Shown here piece after piece: positions 34,765 to 50,000 of a stretch of 64,000 nucleotides of DNA (positions are counted from its first letter, which is position 1; the number at the start of each line of letters is the position of its first letter). The position numbers were made by a program, and so were the translations under genes. Origin of the DNA: Ginglymostoma cirratum (lineage: Eukaryota); the NCBI GenBank assembly GCA_024137785.1, contig JAHRHZ010000116.1, positions 62,001 through 126,000 on the forward strand. Direction: 5' to 3'. Under the pieces are notes generated by a model. It searched no databases, had not been told where the DNA came from, and worked only from the letters and a program-made list of their open reading frames with translations.

Positions 34765-37700
34765 TGTACATGATGACGATTACAGATACTGTCATATAGA
34801 GCCTGGAGAGAGCTGTACAAAACCTGACTATAACGCTTCGGACTGGTGGACTCTGGGGCACTAGCAAACTGTATAAACATTTTTTTTCCTGAATTTGCTT
34901 GTTCACATTTTATAGAGGAAACACATTCATCTTAGGATTAATTCTGTATTCCTAATGGTTGTGCCAATTTGCAATTTACCAACTCGTTACTGTGACATGA
35001 TTCAATGAGGAATGCAGTCTGTTACATTTTACATAGGTGTATATGAATTCAACAACAAATTTCAGTCTTTAGTTTGATAAACAATAGAGCGTGTCAAGTA
35101 TGTGGATTTATGGGGAAGCAGCAAACAAATTAGGTTATGCCTTCCAGAAGTGGGAACATGTGCAATAAAATTATTCCGTGTTGCCCGATTCTATGATTAC
35201 AAATTTATATTTCTATTTTCCTTGTAGAAAGAACAAACCTAAATTAATTAGCATTCGAACATCAACAAGGGAAACCAAACATTCAAAAAAAACGCAATTC
35301 TGAGGGTAAACCAACTGTGTTCCATTACTGCCCATGGAAAAATCAAATAGAAAGCGTAGGGTTAGTGACACCAAATATGCAATATAAGACTTTTATGTCA
35401 GTTTTACATATTACAGGAATTCCTGCATATCTTTCATTCTATTTGACTCTTTCCTTTGACTTTTTTTTGAGTTTTCATTTATTTTAATTTTCATATGAGG
35501 TTTAATTTTATTGCAACACTTACTTTGCATTGCTTGTGGTGTGATCATTGTGGGAACATATCTTAACGGTTCACATCTGTCCAAAGTATACAGTTTCCAT
35601 TGTGGTTTTACTGTTACTCACTGGGAACTGCCTGTTCCGCGTCTCTGACAATTTTAATTGCCTGGAACCCATCGGCTAATTCTCTCCCGTGTTCTCTGAG
35701 CGTACCTTTGCCTGAATTTCATATTAAATCAACTTTCGGATTTGGGACAGACTAAGCGGTCTATGACTGGGAAGCACATGTTTCCTTTCCACGAGAGCCA
35801 ATCTATTTACAGTGAACTATTGTCTTCAGGGCCCTCTTTCTCTCTACTCCTTTCTTCCTCCTACATGTTTCTTCTTCATTCACTCCACATCTTTGTATCT
35901 TTGTGCATACTTTGTCAGCATTTTTCCGTACACACAACGCTAGACAAATCCGATTCACTCAAGTACCCATTCTCTGTCCGCTCAAAGTGATGACAAGCAT
36001 CGTCAACAGAGCTATTAACCAGCTCATGCAAAAAAAAAAACTGACTGATACGAATTTTGGGTTACGCCACATCCTCTCAGCTGCTGACTGCATAAAGCCT
36101 TGGTCCAAACAAGAATTAAAGAGCTGAACTCCAGAAGTGAATTGAGAATGGCTATAGTTGACATCAAGATGGCACTTAAACGAATATAATATCAATGATA
36201 CCGACACAACCTTCAAATGTTACAGTGATACCTGGTAGTAAAAGAGATGATTGTTGATTTCGAAAGCCATTCATTTCAGCCGTAGAACACTGCGCAGGAA
36301 TTCATCAGGATAGTCCTCACTGATGAAACAAATTCTGCTGTTTCTTTAGGGATATTCACTCCATTATATTGTGAGAAATGTAGAATCTGTTTGATGATTA
36401 AACAAAGTTAAGCACCATTACTGAGTTCTTAGTTACTCAAACAGTCAATCTTGTTTGCAACAAGCTTTGGACGATATTTAGGTTTTCTATGTTAATTGAA
36501 AATAGGATTCGCGCCACGTGCGCACCTGGAAGTGACTATTGCTAACAAGAGAGAATTTAAACATTGCCCCTTAATATTCAATGGCATTACTGTAACTGAA
36601 TCCACAATAATCAGCATCTCGAGTTAGCACTGACCAGAAATTTTAATAGATCAGCCAAGTAAATGCAACACACAGGTAGCCAAGAAAATACAATGGCTTC
36701 AAGAGCAGGTCAAAGTGTCGGAATTATGTGATGATTAACTTATTCCTTTTCCTCCCAGTGTCTGCTCATCATTCATAATTTACAAGCATAAATCATTAAT
36801 CTTTTTATCAAACACAGTTGGCTGATGAGTCCAGTTACAACAGGATTCAAGAAGCTGTACAACATGAGGATTCCATGTGATTGGTTCCCATCTGCTATCT
36901 TCAATATGCATTAAAATCACCACTGATGCACGTTAGGAGCAGTTTGAGCAATATGCAAAATTTCTTCCACGAACTCACGAAGGTCCCCCGAACTGTATCT
37001 TCCCGTCCTGCAAACTCCACCATTTAGAAGAATTCGGGCAGCTATAAATGAGAACACAAACACCTGCAATTTCCCCTTCAAATCGCAGATCATCCTGATT
37101 TTAAAAAAAATCCGCAATTTCTTCAGTGTCGCTGCATCAGAAATGTTGACACTCTGCTCCTAACAGCGCTTTGGATGTCCAATGGACTTCGTCAAATCAA
37201 AAGGGCAGCTCACCTAACTGTCTTCCGCATGGAGGCAATTGCTGACCTAATCAGTAACGGCCACGACCCAATGATCAATAATATAATCTTCTGGTTTAGG
37301 CTATGCAATTATTTATACTTCATTTGACTTTGTCTTGTTACTGTCTCACCAAAAGTTATATTTTGTTACGTTACTCTAATTTCTGTCCCTGTTTATATTA
37401 GAAGAGAACTTACTATGGTTATGTTATGTTTCCCGTCGTTATCGTTGAGAGGTTAGCCCTTGTGTCTTAAATCGGTGTGTGTCTAACTTGCATTGTGTGG
37501 GAACGTTCTCTGTTGCATAACTATAACCTCTGTTGTGCAAGGACATTCAATACTATGTGATGGCCACTGCCACCATCATCTTCAATTGCTCTAATGTAAT
37601 CACAATGTTCTGTGTTGGCCTCATGTCAACGATAATTCTTCATTGTTTCAGAGAAGCAACGTCCCACAGCAGTAAGCTGAAGTACAAACATGCCATATTC

Positions 37701-38930
37701 AAACGTACACGGGTAAGCATGGGATATCAAAACTCCATTGCCATCTCACAAGATTTTCCCAACGTTTTATTGTCTCCCTAATAGCAAATATCAGCTGAAT
37801 TTGTTTACTCATAGTACTTTAAATATCTGGGCAACGTAAGTGGCTCTCTGCAGATGTCTAACCATTATAAATTGTCACAGACAACCTGTGCAATCGACAT
37901 TCGCCAGCAAAGAACATTGCTTCATATTAAAAAAAATGCACAGCCGAATTGGGCCAGTATATGCAATTTACTATCGAAGTCTAACTGCCAACCGAGTGCC
38001 AGGTGGATCATTATAATGAATAACTGATTGTGGGAATTACATATTTTATTAAATTAGTGCTGTCACTGATATTTGCCATTATGATATAATGATCACAGTT
38101 CTCTATGGGAATGCTTTTTACTCACGAAATTTTCAACACCTATTCGTCCGAACGAAAGTCTTTATGGGTGATAAAGTCCAGGATGATAATATCCCTTGAC
38201 TGATTGGAAAGAAAGAATAATATTTGGCCAGTTATTCAAGATCTAGAAATCTTGGGTGGAAATTCGAGACTTGATAAGGGAAATTATAGTTTAGATTGGT
38301 TCTTCAATGGAATTATGTCACCTGAATGAATCATTTGTTACTTCGGATGGCTTTCACATGATTCCAAATTCCACAACTGAACTTATTTTTTTTTCAAATA
38401 AATTGGTCCACAATTCAAACCTAATATCAGTATCAATGGTAATCTTGGATTGTGGATTATCGGAAAAACCTCATTCAGTTTATAAATTCCATTTCTGGAA
38501 ATATATCTACTTCAGTCACCTGAGGCGCGCTGAACTTCAGGATAAACCAGCATCAGCCATTTCTCTAATGAATGAACAGTCCGATGATACTCTGGAATTG
38601 CAGCAAGTTCACCTTTCCCTTTGTTTCAGTCTACAACCTGTTAGTCGAATCTTCATGTCCCTTTGAACTTACCTAACTGATGTAAGCACACAGAGTTTGG
38701 ATCACCACTATTTTATGATTGGCTAAACTTCTGCCAAAACTTACCTGGCCTCTGATGGCTGTGTACTACACATAAATGAGTTAAGAAAAATAAAAATCTG
38801 CATTTGAGTTAAAGACATCGTGAATGTTGAAGTAATTATACAGATAATTTGATGTTAATTATGCTGACACCTGATTTGACGCTGACATTATCGTGATGTA
38901 TCTCAAGGCTGATTATAGGTTATTTGATGC

Positions 38931-39274
38931 AATAGTGGCGCATCAAGCGCAAATCTAAAATAAAGAATACATGGCACTTTTATTCGTCAATGCTAACTTT
39001 GAAAGGATTGTTCTCGTATCTTTATTTAAGGTGGCAAAGAATTACATGTTTCATCTAGGCAGTTGCATTATTTTTTCAGATTTCACCTTTTCAAATAGAC
39101 TTTGAAGTTTTCTTTCTGGCAGCTGGACATGTCTGAGAAAGCAGAATAAGGATGCTGCATCGAATAATTTGCATAAGCCACATTTCTCTTGGAGCTCACG
39201 ATGTTGTTCTTTGGATCTTGAAACCCATACTCTATTTCGTCGCCAGATTGGGGAAGAACTGGAATCATTGGTGT
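38931..39274 (-). pseudogene. Highly decayed TCR V relic
   Basis: fragments FQDPKNNIVSSKRNV / CKLF / VQLPERKLQ / FFATLNKDTRTI / SAMY...CA, collinear with the 60.3-kb V (FQDP...FSANLDKNKKTV...SAVYRCA). Confidence 0.5.
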
Positions 39275-40703
39275 CTAAAAGATGCAAAGCAGCATGTTGT
39301 CAGAATAAGCAGCACACCGTAAACAAAGAATCAGAACTATAGCAAGTTCTACATAAATCGTGATTTACATGATAACAGACACAGCCCCCTACCCCCCACC
39401 CCCCGCCTTGCAAAATGTGGGGTTTCCATGAGACAATCACGTGAAATGTGCTTTTGATCTTGCACCTCTGGAAGCCATAACTGGAACTGTCAGTTTTGAT
39501 AACATGTTGAGATACTTTCTGAGTGATATTACTATTCCAACTTCATAATGATTCCAGGGTTCCAAGCAGCATCACTTAAACATAGTTTAGATTTCAATTT
39601 GTGGGAGCCTGCTAGGCGAAAATTCGCTGCCTCTTTTCCTGCTTTCGACAGTGAATATATATTTCGGCCGCCTGTGGCAGTAAAATGGATTTTCGGATTT
39701 TGACAGAATGAATTACTCTTTAAGTTAAAGTTTTCCTTCTTCATTCTTCATGAAACAGAGAGATGGAACATCGAAGCCAAATAATGGGACTGAATGTGTT
39801 ACGACAAAAGAAGGAAAAACAAAGAACTGTGGATGCTGAAGATGTGAAACAACAACAGAAATTGTTGGAGAAACTCAGCAGTTCTGGCAGCATCTGTTAA
39901 GTGTAAGGGGAGTTAAATTTTCAAATCCATTGACCCATCTCTGGGACCAACTCTGAACCAACCGTTTAAATGGACTGATTCACTTGTAGATAGCTCATAA
40001 TCAGCTGTTTATAGGAAACGAACGCCGGGGATATATATTGATCTTGACAGCGGTGCTGACATATCAAGAAAGAGTGGAAATAAAATCTCTGGTTACACTT
40101 ATATTATCAATATATCTAGTTCTGAGCACAACAATTTGTAAAAGAGTGATATGATTCGAAAGCAGGCATTGAGTTACCATGGGAATTGCAATTGAACCGG
40201 AGATGCTTGTTATCTGTCAAAAAAGATGGCTAGAGAAGCTAAGCACATTTTCATTTGACAAAGACGGTTGAGATTTGTTTCAATTATAATGTTTAAAATT
40301 GCTACTTGTTTTATCCAGCAAAGAGTGAGAAGATCCTTCCACTGGCAGAGAAGTCTGCTGTCAGAAGACAAATGGGATAAGCATAGAATGAAAGAAAAAT
40401 TTTTTTGTGTAAAGCATAGATTGGTGTGATATGTAATGCACTGCTTGAAACGGTAGTAGAAACAATACGAAAGGTAGCCAACAGAAGCCATTGAATAAGA
40501 AACTTAAAGGGCAGAAATTTTGCTGTGCTGCTGGGTAAGTCACTGGACAGCGTGCTGTCCAGACCTTTAAAGGAGTTTCGCAGATGACATTGCCTTCATC
40601 TACGATGTCTGAAAATGTGATTCAGTTCACAGAAATTTAATTTTGTGCTGTAAACACAATCTACCACAATGTCATTCAACCTCTGTGAAAACAGACCTCA
40701 ACC

Positions 40704-40742
40704 AGTTCTTGTATGAGAGCAGTACTGGGTTACACCACAGTG
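40704..40742 (-). other. 23-spacer RSS
   Basis: CACTGTG + 23 + ACAAGAACT. Confidence 0.85.
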
Positions 40743-41206
40743 TCGAACTGATTTGGAGAATCCACAAATGTACAATGCCGCGTCACTCAACTGAAGATAA
40801 GTGATCGTTAAAACAAATGTTTTTGTTGTTGTGTTTATCTCAGAAGAGAAGCGAGTTCCAATATTTTTCGCTTTTCCCCGACTGCCACTCGCACTACTCC
40901 ACACTATCATCTCCAGGGGAGCATCAGGAGACTTTCGGTACCAGTACAGATCATACGATCTTACTGTTGTTGAATAGCTGCATTGCGTTGTGAAAGTTTG
41001 ACCTGCTTTCAAGGTTATTTCTGACCAAGACTGAGACACGGTATCTTCCTGAGACAAACCTATTTGAAAGATTGAAAGCATAATTCAGAACATAACGATG
41101 AAATTCTCAGAAACCTGTTTCTTAAACATTTTTAATAAAACAAGACAGAAATATTACCGAATGTCATGTAGGTGAGAGCAGTTAAAAGGCTGAATTTGTA
41201 AAGCAT
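40743..41206 (-). CDS. TRAV/TRDV: TCR V segment (delta-like), intact: leader exon 41206-41158, V exon 41059-40743
   Basis: MLYKFSLLTALTYMTFG|LSQEDTVSQ...QCSY...LYWYRK...LQLSDAALYICGFSKSVR; canonical GT-AG phase-1 intron. Confidence 0.92.
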
Positions 41207-41889
41207 TATCTCCGACAATCCCAGGTTCAGAATGTCTCTCCGGGTTGATTCGATACCTGATAACTTCATTGGTTGAGTACTTGTTAAAGTCTCTGCAATC
41301 CTTTTAAATTCAAAATGACATCTCAAACTGAACCAATCAGGAAACTAGATTTATCGCCGCAGCAACCTATTAACATATGACGGTGATATCGAGTCGGATT
41401 GGATGGAAAAGAGTCACAAATGTAAAGACCACATATTGTCTTGGTGGGGTGTGATACATGCTAATTCATTCTCGAATTGTTAGAGTCGCTGGTGGATTCA
41501 AATGTTGTTCATGTGCACGAATGTCAAGAGAAAAGGACTTCAATTCTACACCAATGCATTATTCAAAATAAAAATCACTTAAATCTAATGAGTGAACTAT
41601 CAAGACAATAATCTATGTAGGGGAAAGTACAGGGAGGCAATCAATTCAATTTTGCCAGCACATACATATCAAAGAAACAATCAGAAGTGTTCCCCCAGTT
41701 ATGCAAAATCTATCTAACATATTTGAACGAGAAAGCTAATTTTCTTCTTTTGTATATTCACTGATGGCACTAAAATAGGAGCAAATAAGACCGAGAACTA
41801 CATGTAGATGAGCCTTCGAGTGTGTAAGGATAGTTGGAATATTAAACCTAAAATGCGAAATTAGCCACTATTTCTAAATGTTTCAAAAT

Positions 41890-44800
41890 TTGTGATGAAC
41901 CAAGACGAGTATGTATTATGCCATTACTCACTGATAGCTAATATGGTTGACCAATATTAACAGGGGAGGTAGAATCTCCTCAGTTCAGGTGACTGACACC
42001 AAGCTGGCTAGCTGCAGCTAGTGCAATGTACACAAGTAAATTAAGGGTGTCTTGGTGACGGGAAACTGGCCTCTGTGCAGTTACCTCTGTGGCGCTAAAA
42101 TAAAACAATACATGCCTCAAGAACATCAGATCTCAACACTCATCTTGCAATTGTGGTAAGCATTTCTGGAAGGATGCCTTTATTTGGCAGTTTGACTCGT
42201 TTGATCTTGCTATTGAAGCCTGGGTCCAGTATGTGGAAAGAATGCTTTGTCTTTTTATTTCCGGGCATGTGACATATTGCAAGGTGAAAAGCAAAAAGAT
42301 TTTCTGAAGAAGGTCCCGTCCCGAAACTTCAACGTTCCTGCTCCTATGATGCTGCCTGACCTGCTGTGTTCCTCCAGATCTACAGTGTGTTATCTCTGAG
42401 TCCAGCACCGGCAGTTCTTACTATCTCTGAGTTATCCTTCTGGCTGCTTTCAAACCTGCAGCATTTTCGGTTCAAGGGGGCTCAACCATCTCAGAGGAAC
42501 TAGACATTTAAACGTTCCATGAATTTTTGGAGTTGGTTGCGGTTTATTACGACGCCAAACCTCCTCTAATTCTGAGCCATTATCAGTCTTATTCAGCTGT
42601 TAGATAATTGGGATAATCATAACAGGATTTTTGACAAGATTAAGATGATTGGCCGGGGCCTGTGATTTTGAGTTAACCCTGAATGAAATGCAAAGGGACC
42701 GTTTCATATGTGGAAGTAATGGTGTAATCATGCACAAGCGCCTACTGGCTGAAACTAAACTGGACTTCAAACAAGCATTGCGACTGGTGTAGTCATTAGA
42801 TAATGCAGCAACTGGAGCATCTGAATTACACGGAGTCCATTTGGAAATGAGCACACTTACCTGTTCTACTGAGTTTGGGGAACGCCACTTGAATGCAGGC
42901 AAATATAGAGCCTCATTCAACGCATATACTCAGCAGAGGGACCTTCAGTCAGTCCCCAGCAGAACCTCACAACAAATCCCAGACCCGGCCAAGTGGCTAA
43001 AATATTCCTCAGGATCTGAGCCGGCAAGCCATTGTAGTTTTTGTCGTTATGCACACTCCAGACAGCAACGCAGTGCAACAAGTCCGGACTTGAGTAACAA
43101 AATTCCTACGCCACAACTTAGGACAGTGCACATCCTGGAAAGTTCTGGGCATGCAGATTGGAACAACTAAATTGCTTAGCTTTGTGCAAATTAGAACTGA
43201 TTAAAATTAATACTTGGTGAAATGGTCTCCCGGTTCCCTTGGAAGTCAATACTGGTGCAGCTGTACCTTTGAAAGCAGACAAGATGCTCTCGGGTCTCCA
43301 GCCCTTACACTTGTGCACAACCTCAACCATACTGTGAACTTACACTGGGGAACAGTTGCAAATTGAGAGTACAACTTCAGTTCCTTTCTCCAATGTGAAA
43401 AAAAAGGTACCATTAACACTGATGTTAGTAACAGGCTCGGGCCCAAGTCTATAGTTACAGAATTATTTGAGAAAGATTCACTGATATTGGCTAAACATTT
43501 TTCAATTGGAAAATACCTGCCTCAGTGAGGTCAGAGTGAAATGCCCAGGGGTTGTTCAAGAATAGATTGGGGATATCAAAGGGGCCAAAGCTGCTTGACA
43601 TATTGACAAGCCAACAAATTCACAAGTTTACAAAGTCCGCCAGTGCATTTTGCCTTCAAGGAAATGTAAATGCAGAATCAGGTGGCTAGAAAGTGAACGA
43701 ATCTTCAAACTAGTACCATTTGTGGAAAGGGCAACAACAATCACGATTATGAACATTGACAGCTCAGTTTGACTTTGTAGGGGTTTTAATCAAACGGTAA
43801 ACTGCTTCTCGCAGCTCGATAAATACACAATCACTCTCATAGAGGACTTGAACACAAAGTTTGGCGGGCGAACTGTCCTTTACGAAGCTGGGCTTGAGTC
43901 GTGGCTGCCTGAAATTGCAACTGGACGAGGAGTCCCAGATGTATGCCCCAATTAATATACATAAGGGTTTACAATAATATAAAATATTGCCATTCGGGGT
44001 ATCAACAAACTGCGGTCTTTTGCAGAGGAACATGGAAAACAGTTTACAAGGACTACCCAGGTTGACATGTATCTGGATGACGTATTAAGAACCGGGAAGA
44101 CCAATAAAGACTACTTGGAAAAGTTGGACGCAGTGGTTAAACGTTTCTCCTGGGAGACAGTACACATTAGAAGGGAACATTATGCATTCCAGGCGACCCG
44201 TGTGACTTACCTTCATTACAGAGTTGACACCAAAAGATAAATTACACCCATCAGAAAATAAAGCGAAAGCAATCAAAGGAGCCCTGGCTCCCACGTCTGT
44301 TCTGGAGTTTAGGACTTTGCTTGGGTTAGTCAATTAGAGAAATTGACACACAACATATTCTCCATTTCGATAGCCTTGCATCTGCTATTGAAAAAGGGGC
44401 AGCCATGGAAATGGTCGTTTCGCCATGAAGTAACCTTCAGAGAAATGAAAAAGCAACTATTTTCATTTAAGTTGTTGGCCCACTACGATCTGAAGTGAGA
44501 CGTGGTGCTGATATGTTATGCTTCACCGTACGGTATCCGGGTAGGGGTGGCTCACCGCTGGCTCAATGTAGAGGAATGCTGATATTGTATGCTTATTAGA
44601 CTTTGGCTACTGCTGAATGCAAATACGCTCAGAAAGAAAGTAAGGTTTGGCGGTCATGTTTGATGTGAGGAAGGTGCACTAGTGCATTTACAGACAGGGA
44701 TTTGTCATAATAACTAATCACAAACTCCTGCTAGGGTACACTGAAGGAAGGAAAGGCGGTGCTGCCCATATCTTCCAAAAGAATTCAGTGCCGGCCCTTT

Positions 44801-46665
44801 ATTTTCAGTGCTTTCAAGTACAAGGTCGAACATTGTCCAGGTAACCAAGTGATTATGCAGATGCCTTGAGCTGCTACTCAATATCTGATACTCCTCTGGT
44901 GTAACCACCCCTGGAAGAGACATTTCTCGTTTTTAACTCCATGGACATCGTTCCAATCATGGCTGGCAATATCTGGCTGTGGACAGAAAAAGATTCGGCC
45001 TGAGCAAAATTAAAAGAGCTTATGGTAATGGGGCAAACAGAAGGGCCAGAACAACCAGGAATGAAACGTTCTGGACACACTGAGACCAGATCGCTTTGGA
45101 GGACGACATATTATTTTGGGAAGCAAGAGTGATTGTTCCGAGTAAAGATTCCCACCAGATGCTGGCCAGACTCCACCAGGGTCATCCTGGAGCTTCCAAG
45201 GTGAAGATGCTGGCAAAAAAGTTATGTGTAGGGACCAGTGTTGGATGCTGACATAGCTGCGTTGGTGTGGCAGTATCCAGAATGCCAACAATGACAAAAA
45301 TTGACACCAGCGGATGGTCCACATTCGTGGGAACGGCTGTGTAAACTCTGCACCCGGTTACATGTTGACTATGCTGGTTGTTTCATGTGCTTAATGATCC
45401 TGGTCATCGTAGATGCCCAGCCAAAGTGGTTGGAGATGCATACAGTCAGTTCGGCAAACTCAGGGAGAGTAATTGAGATGATACGAGCATCAACCGTGAT
45501 AAATTGACTCACAGGCATCTTGGTAACGGACAATGGAACATCATTTACCAGCAAAGAATTTGAGTAATTCTCGAAGTCAAATGACATGCAGCGCTTAAGG
45601 ACAGTTCCATACATACCATCAGAGGGTGATTTAGCGGAAAGAGCAGTCTGAACATTGAAAGCCTGCCTGATGAATCGGCCTGCAGATCTGTTTATATCAA
45701 ACTGTTTCGGTTGATGTTGGATTTTAGCACCACCTCGCATACAACAACAGGGATAGCTCCAGCAGAGATGCTGATGAGGAGAAGTCTCTGCAACAGGTTA
45801 ACCCTGGTATTCTTAGATATAGGACGAAGAGTGAAACAGTAACAGGGTGCCAATGCCAGCCACATGTTTCCACTAAGCGAGAGATACAATTTAATTTGGG
45901 GGACGACATTTGGCCCTGGAAATCATGGAAACAGGCCTGTATGGTACGGGACGAATTTTGATGCGAATTCAGGTCCGATGACTTGCAAAGTTCGCGCAGG
46001 TGAGGCAGTCTTGAACAACTATGTGGGTCACCTGAAAGCTGTTACCTTGCAAACTGGGCAGGATATACCATACCTGGGCCCTCAGAACAGCCAGAAAGCC
46101 TGTCAGAAACTGTAGGTTCTCCCCGTTTGTCTGGTGTCGAGGAAACTTCGGAGTGCAAGATTGTTGCAGTCTCAATATCATTCCTGCTGCAATAAGAGGA
46201 AGAAACTCGCCTGAGTCTCTCCAAACGTGAAGGACGGGCAATGGTCTGGTACACACAGCCCATATCAGAGTCCGAATCTGAGGAACTAGACCTGTGGCGA
46301 AAACGTCGCAGGAAAAGCTGCAAGAGAAAGACGAGGTCTCTGTTCCCGGATTCAGGGTGGGATGTAACTATTGGCACCAACTGGGTCTCATTGACTGGCA
46401 GGTCATTTTTTCTGAAGAAGGGTCTAGGCCCGAAATGTCAGCCTTCCTGCTCCTCTGATGCTGCTTGGCCTGCTGTGTTCATCCAGCTCTGCACTTTGTC
46501 ATCTCAGATCCTTGATTGGGGTTGTTTACGAGGGCAGATCAGGAAACACTGGCTGACTAATATTTAGAGGGGATTTATAATCTATTCAGTTCAGCCAGTG
46601 TACTGTGCAAAAGTACGTAAAGGATTAATTGCTGACGGGATACTGACCTCTGTGCATTTATTTCA
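41890..46665 (+). mobile_element. Decayed Ty3/Gypsy LTR retrotransposon
   Basis: protease EVNTGAAV (~43242), RT YLDD (44070), RNase H ASPYGI (~44520), integrase RLHVDYAG...VTDNGTSFTS (45350-45550); LTR-like matching ends gacgggaaactggcctctgtgca (~42057) and gacgggatactgacctctgtgca (~46634); boundaries approximate. Confidence 0.85.
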
Positions 46666-47049
46666 GAAAGACAATAGCGAAGCTGTGCAGATGCAGCAGA
46701 ATCTGCCACATGAGCCATGAATAGATGAGCTCCAAGCTCAGGAGCCGAACATGCTGACCCAGCCACTGCCATCTGTTGGAAATCTGAAAAATAAAACCAG
46801 AAAATGATTAGAGACTGTTAAGAACTGCAGATGGTGGTTTCAGAGATAATGCAGTGTGGATCCGGAGGAACACAACAGGTCAGGCAGCATCAGAGGAGTA
46901 GGAAAAATGACGTTTCTGGTTGGTGCCCTTCTGAACCGAAATATCATTTTTCCTGCTCCTCTGATGCTGTCTGGCATGCTGTGTTCCTCCAGTTCGACAA
47001 GGTGTTATCTTAGAAAATGTTCAAAACTGGGAAAAGTTTGAAGTCTAAA

Positions 47050-50000
47050 GATGTCTTTCACTGAAATGTGACACATAAACAATTATCCATAAAGGTCTCT
47101 GTATCTGAGTTGCCAATACTTAATTAATTTGAGTGATCCACTCAGCTCAAGTCCAAAACCTAATTCAAACGGACAGAATTCTGTCAATTTGTTCGGTACA
47201 TTGTTAATGAATAAAAGGTAGAAATAGCATTCTGTTCTCTCAAGCGTTTGGAAAATCTTGACTATAAGCTCTCAACATGATGTTTAAAATTTGATGCGAC
47301 TGTTCCAATGCTCCTTGCGTTTATGGATGGTATGCAATTGAGTTATATTGCTTTATTCGTGAGTTATTTAAAATTTTATTGAATAATTTTGATGTTAAAT
47401 TTGGCACTTGTACTGATTGTATCTCTGTCGTTCTCCGTATCTCATTATAAAAAAAAGTCTCTTCTGTAACTTTTCTGTGATATTGTACAATGGAATGGCC
47501 TCCAGAAATCGAGTAGATCATATCTATTATGGTCAACAAATATTTACTTCCACGTTTTGTTTTAGAGTGGGATCCCATCTAATCAATTAAGTCTCTTGCA
47601 AAAGGCTCATCAATGCAGGAATGGTTTTTAAAGTTGCTGGTATTATCACAACTTGAGATTTTCTTATGGAAAGTTCTCTGAACTTTGTCTGATGAAGCAA
47701 TTCATAATCATCTGCCATTTCATCTATTAATTTTGCAGTCTTAATTCGCTGCTCTTCGACATGAAAAATGAAATGAAGTTAACCTCTACATCCTTCTCAG
47801 AGATCATAGGCAATACTTGCACTTCGGTAAACGGATATCCATCAGGCCTGTGGCTTCGATAGGATTGCTCTCCATCACTGTCCCCATCACTGGTTGTACC
47901 TGTCACCTTAACCTCTGCCATTAGAAGTCGACTTTGAGTCTTCAGTTCAAACTTCCAAAGTTCTTCCTTCCTTTCTTCTGCAAAAGCCTTCCTTTCCTTT
48001 TCTTTTTCCTGTGTTAGGGCTAATACCTCCTTACCGCTTTTTTTTCTGCTTTCAATCGGAATTCAAACTGTTACATTTCATTTTTATATTCAAGTTGCTT
48101 TCGTTGCAATTAAAGTTTCAACATTTCCAGTGACCCTGATGACATTTCCAACAATAAGAAATTTAGAAATATTGAGGCAACTACATTCCTTTTTTGCACG
48201 GATAAAGGCAACCCCAACTCTACATTGTCTGCCAATTCCAAAAGCTTTGTCTTGCCAACTTTATATACCACGAAGTGGTATATAAAGTTGCCCAAGTGAC
48301 TTCTTCCATACTTGGAAAACTCTTAGTGAATGAAAGAGCCATCAGTACCGTGGCAAGCCCTATTTAAGCCATATTAATTCAACAGCTGAAATAAACAACC
48401 ATAATAACAACAAAAAAAACACAACACTCACACCCCACTTCCTTTGAGTCCAATATTGCTGAACTCAACCTGCAATTAAAGATTTTGATCACGACTAGAG
48501 ACCCTATTTGTTGTGGAGACGACCAAAACCCCTCAAATCATATTAAGAAGATATTCGACCTTTTGCCCCACTCCCCACCCCCCCATTTTAAAGATATGTG
48601 TAAGGTGTTTTGTTTCAGATGCAATTTGATTGTTCAAACTACTCAATTTTAGGAAAGCCAATTTAATTTTCACTACAATTAAAGGACAGATAAGATAAAG
48701 GAAAAAAAAACAAAATAAACGAATGTGCTTAACAATATCATATATAGCTACTACAAATTCATCGATCCACTGTCGTAGTATTCCGTAATAATACATTTAG
48801 CAAATGCAGCTAGATTGCCTCACTTACAAATCTAGCAGGAGGAAGAGAACTCCAGCCTTTCGGTTTAACTTAGAGAGGAATAAGAGCTTCAAGATCCAAC
48901 AACTGTTGAAAGCTAAAACTAAAACTTCAGATTCTGTGGGAGCTCAAGCCAACGCATTCAGGCTGCTTCTAATATTCAATTTTAAAAAAAAAAGCCTCTT
49001 AGTTGTTTGATGTATTGGCTTTGATCAAACACTTCTACACCTGTGTCTCAAAATTCCCTCATTAAAGAAAGGACAGTTTATACCTCTTAAAACTATCATC
49101 AAGTCAGCTTCCACTGGGATCTCTTTTACCACTTTCAAAAACCCCACTGACTTAATGTATTTTACCACATCCGTTTTCCATACGATTTTCGTAAACCAGC
49201 AGCTCTATGACTTTCTTTTCCTTTCTTCACTACAGTAAAAACCTCTGAGTTTTTTTTAAACTTCCCTCCTCCGCCCTATGTGTTTACTTTTTAACCTATG
49301 CTAAACTGCCTTTATGATCTTCAATTAGACTTCATTTTCCTTCAATAACGAGCATTTCTTCTTGTGGCAATTTCTATCATTTACAGATTGAAATTGAGAA
49401 TGGAAGTGAAGCTTTGATTTATGTTCGAACTCATAAACATTTAGTGCTGCTAATATTGCAATGTTAAGTCTCTTCTTTTCCACATGAGTTCTTGAGTTCA
49501 TTAGTTTTTGAACACCTTAATAATAATCATTTCTCGAAGAGCATCATATGTTTCATTTATTTTAAGTGCCCTCACCAATTAAAGTTAATTTGTTTGATCC
49601 TTTCAAACTCTCAGTACATTTAACGAGGATCTGCCTTAACTATGTAAGCGTCTGGCACTAGTTCATTTGCGCTTAAGATAGACTTTATCATTTTATCAGA
49701 AAGATTTTATACTCCCCAGACAAAGTGATTGTGATAGTGATACAAACTCATCGCTAACTCGAACTACCAATTTTGATTGAATCAGCAATATCCACATGAA
49801 CACTGGCCATTTTATTTATTTAGCCACTTTCTCAAATTTACTGAAAAAGGTTTCTATGCCCTTATTATCAAACGCTGGTACCCCTGAGACATATTTAAAC
49901 AGATCCCCACTACACCTTTGGCTAAGTTTGGTTTGCTCTTCATTATTGCCCTGATCACTACGCCGAATTTCGACCTCCACGTCGAACATTTTAAGCTGAC

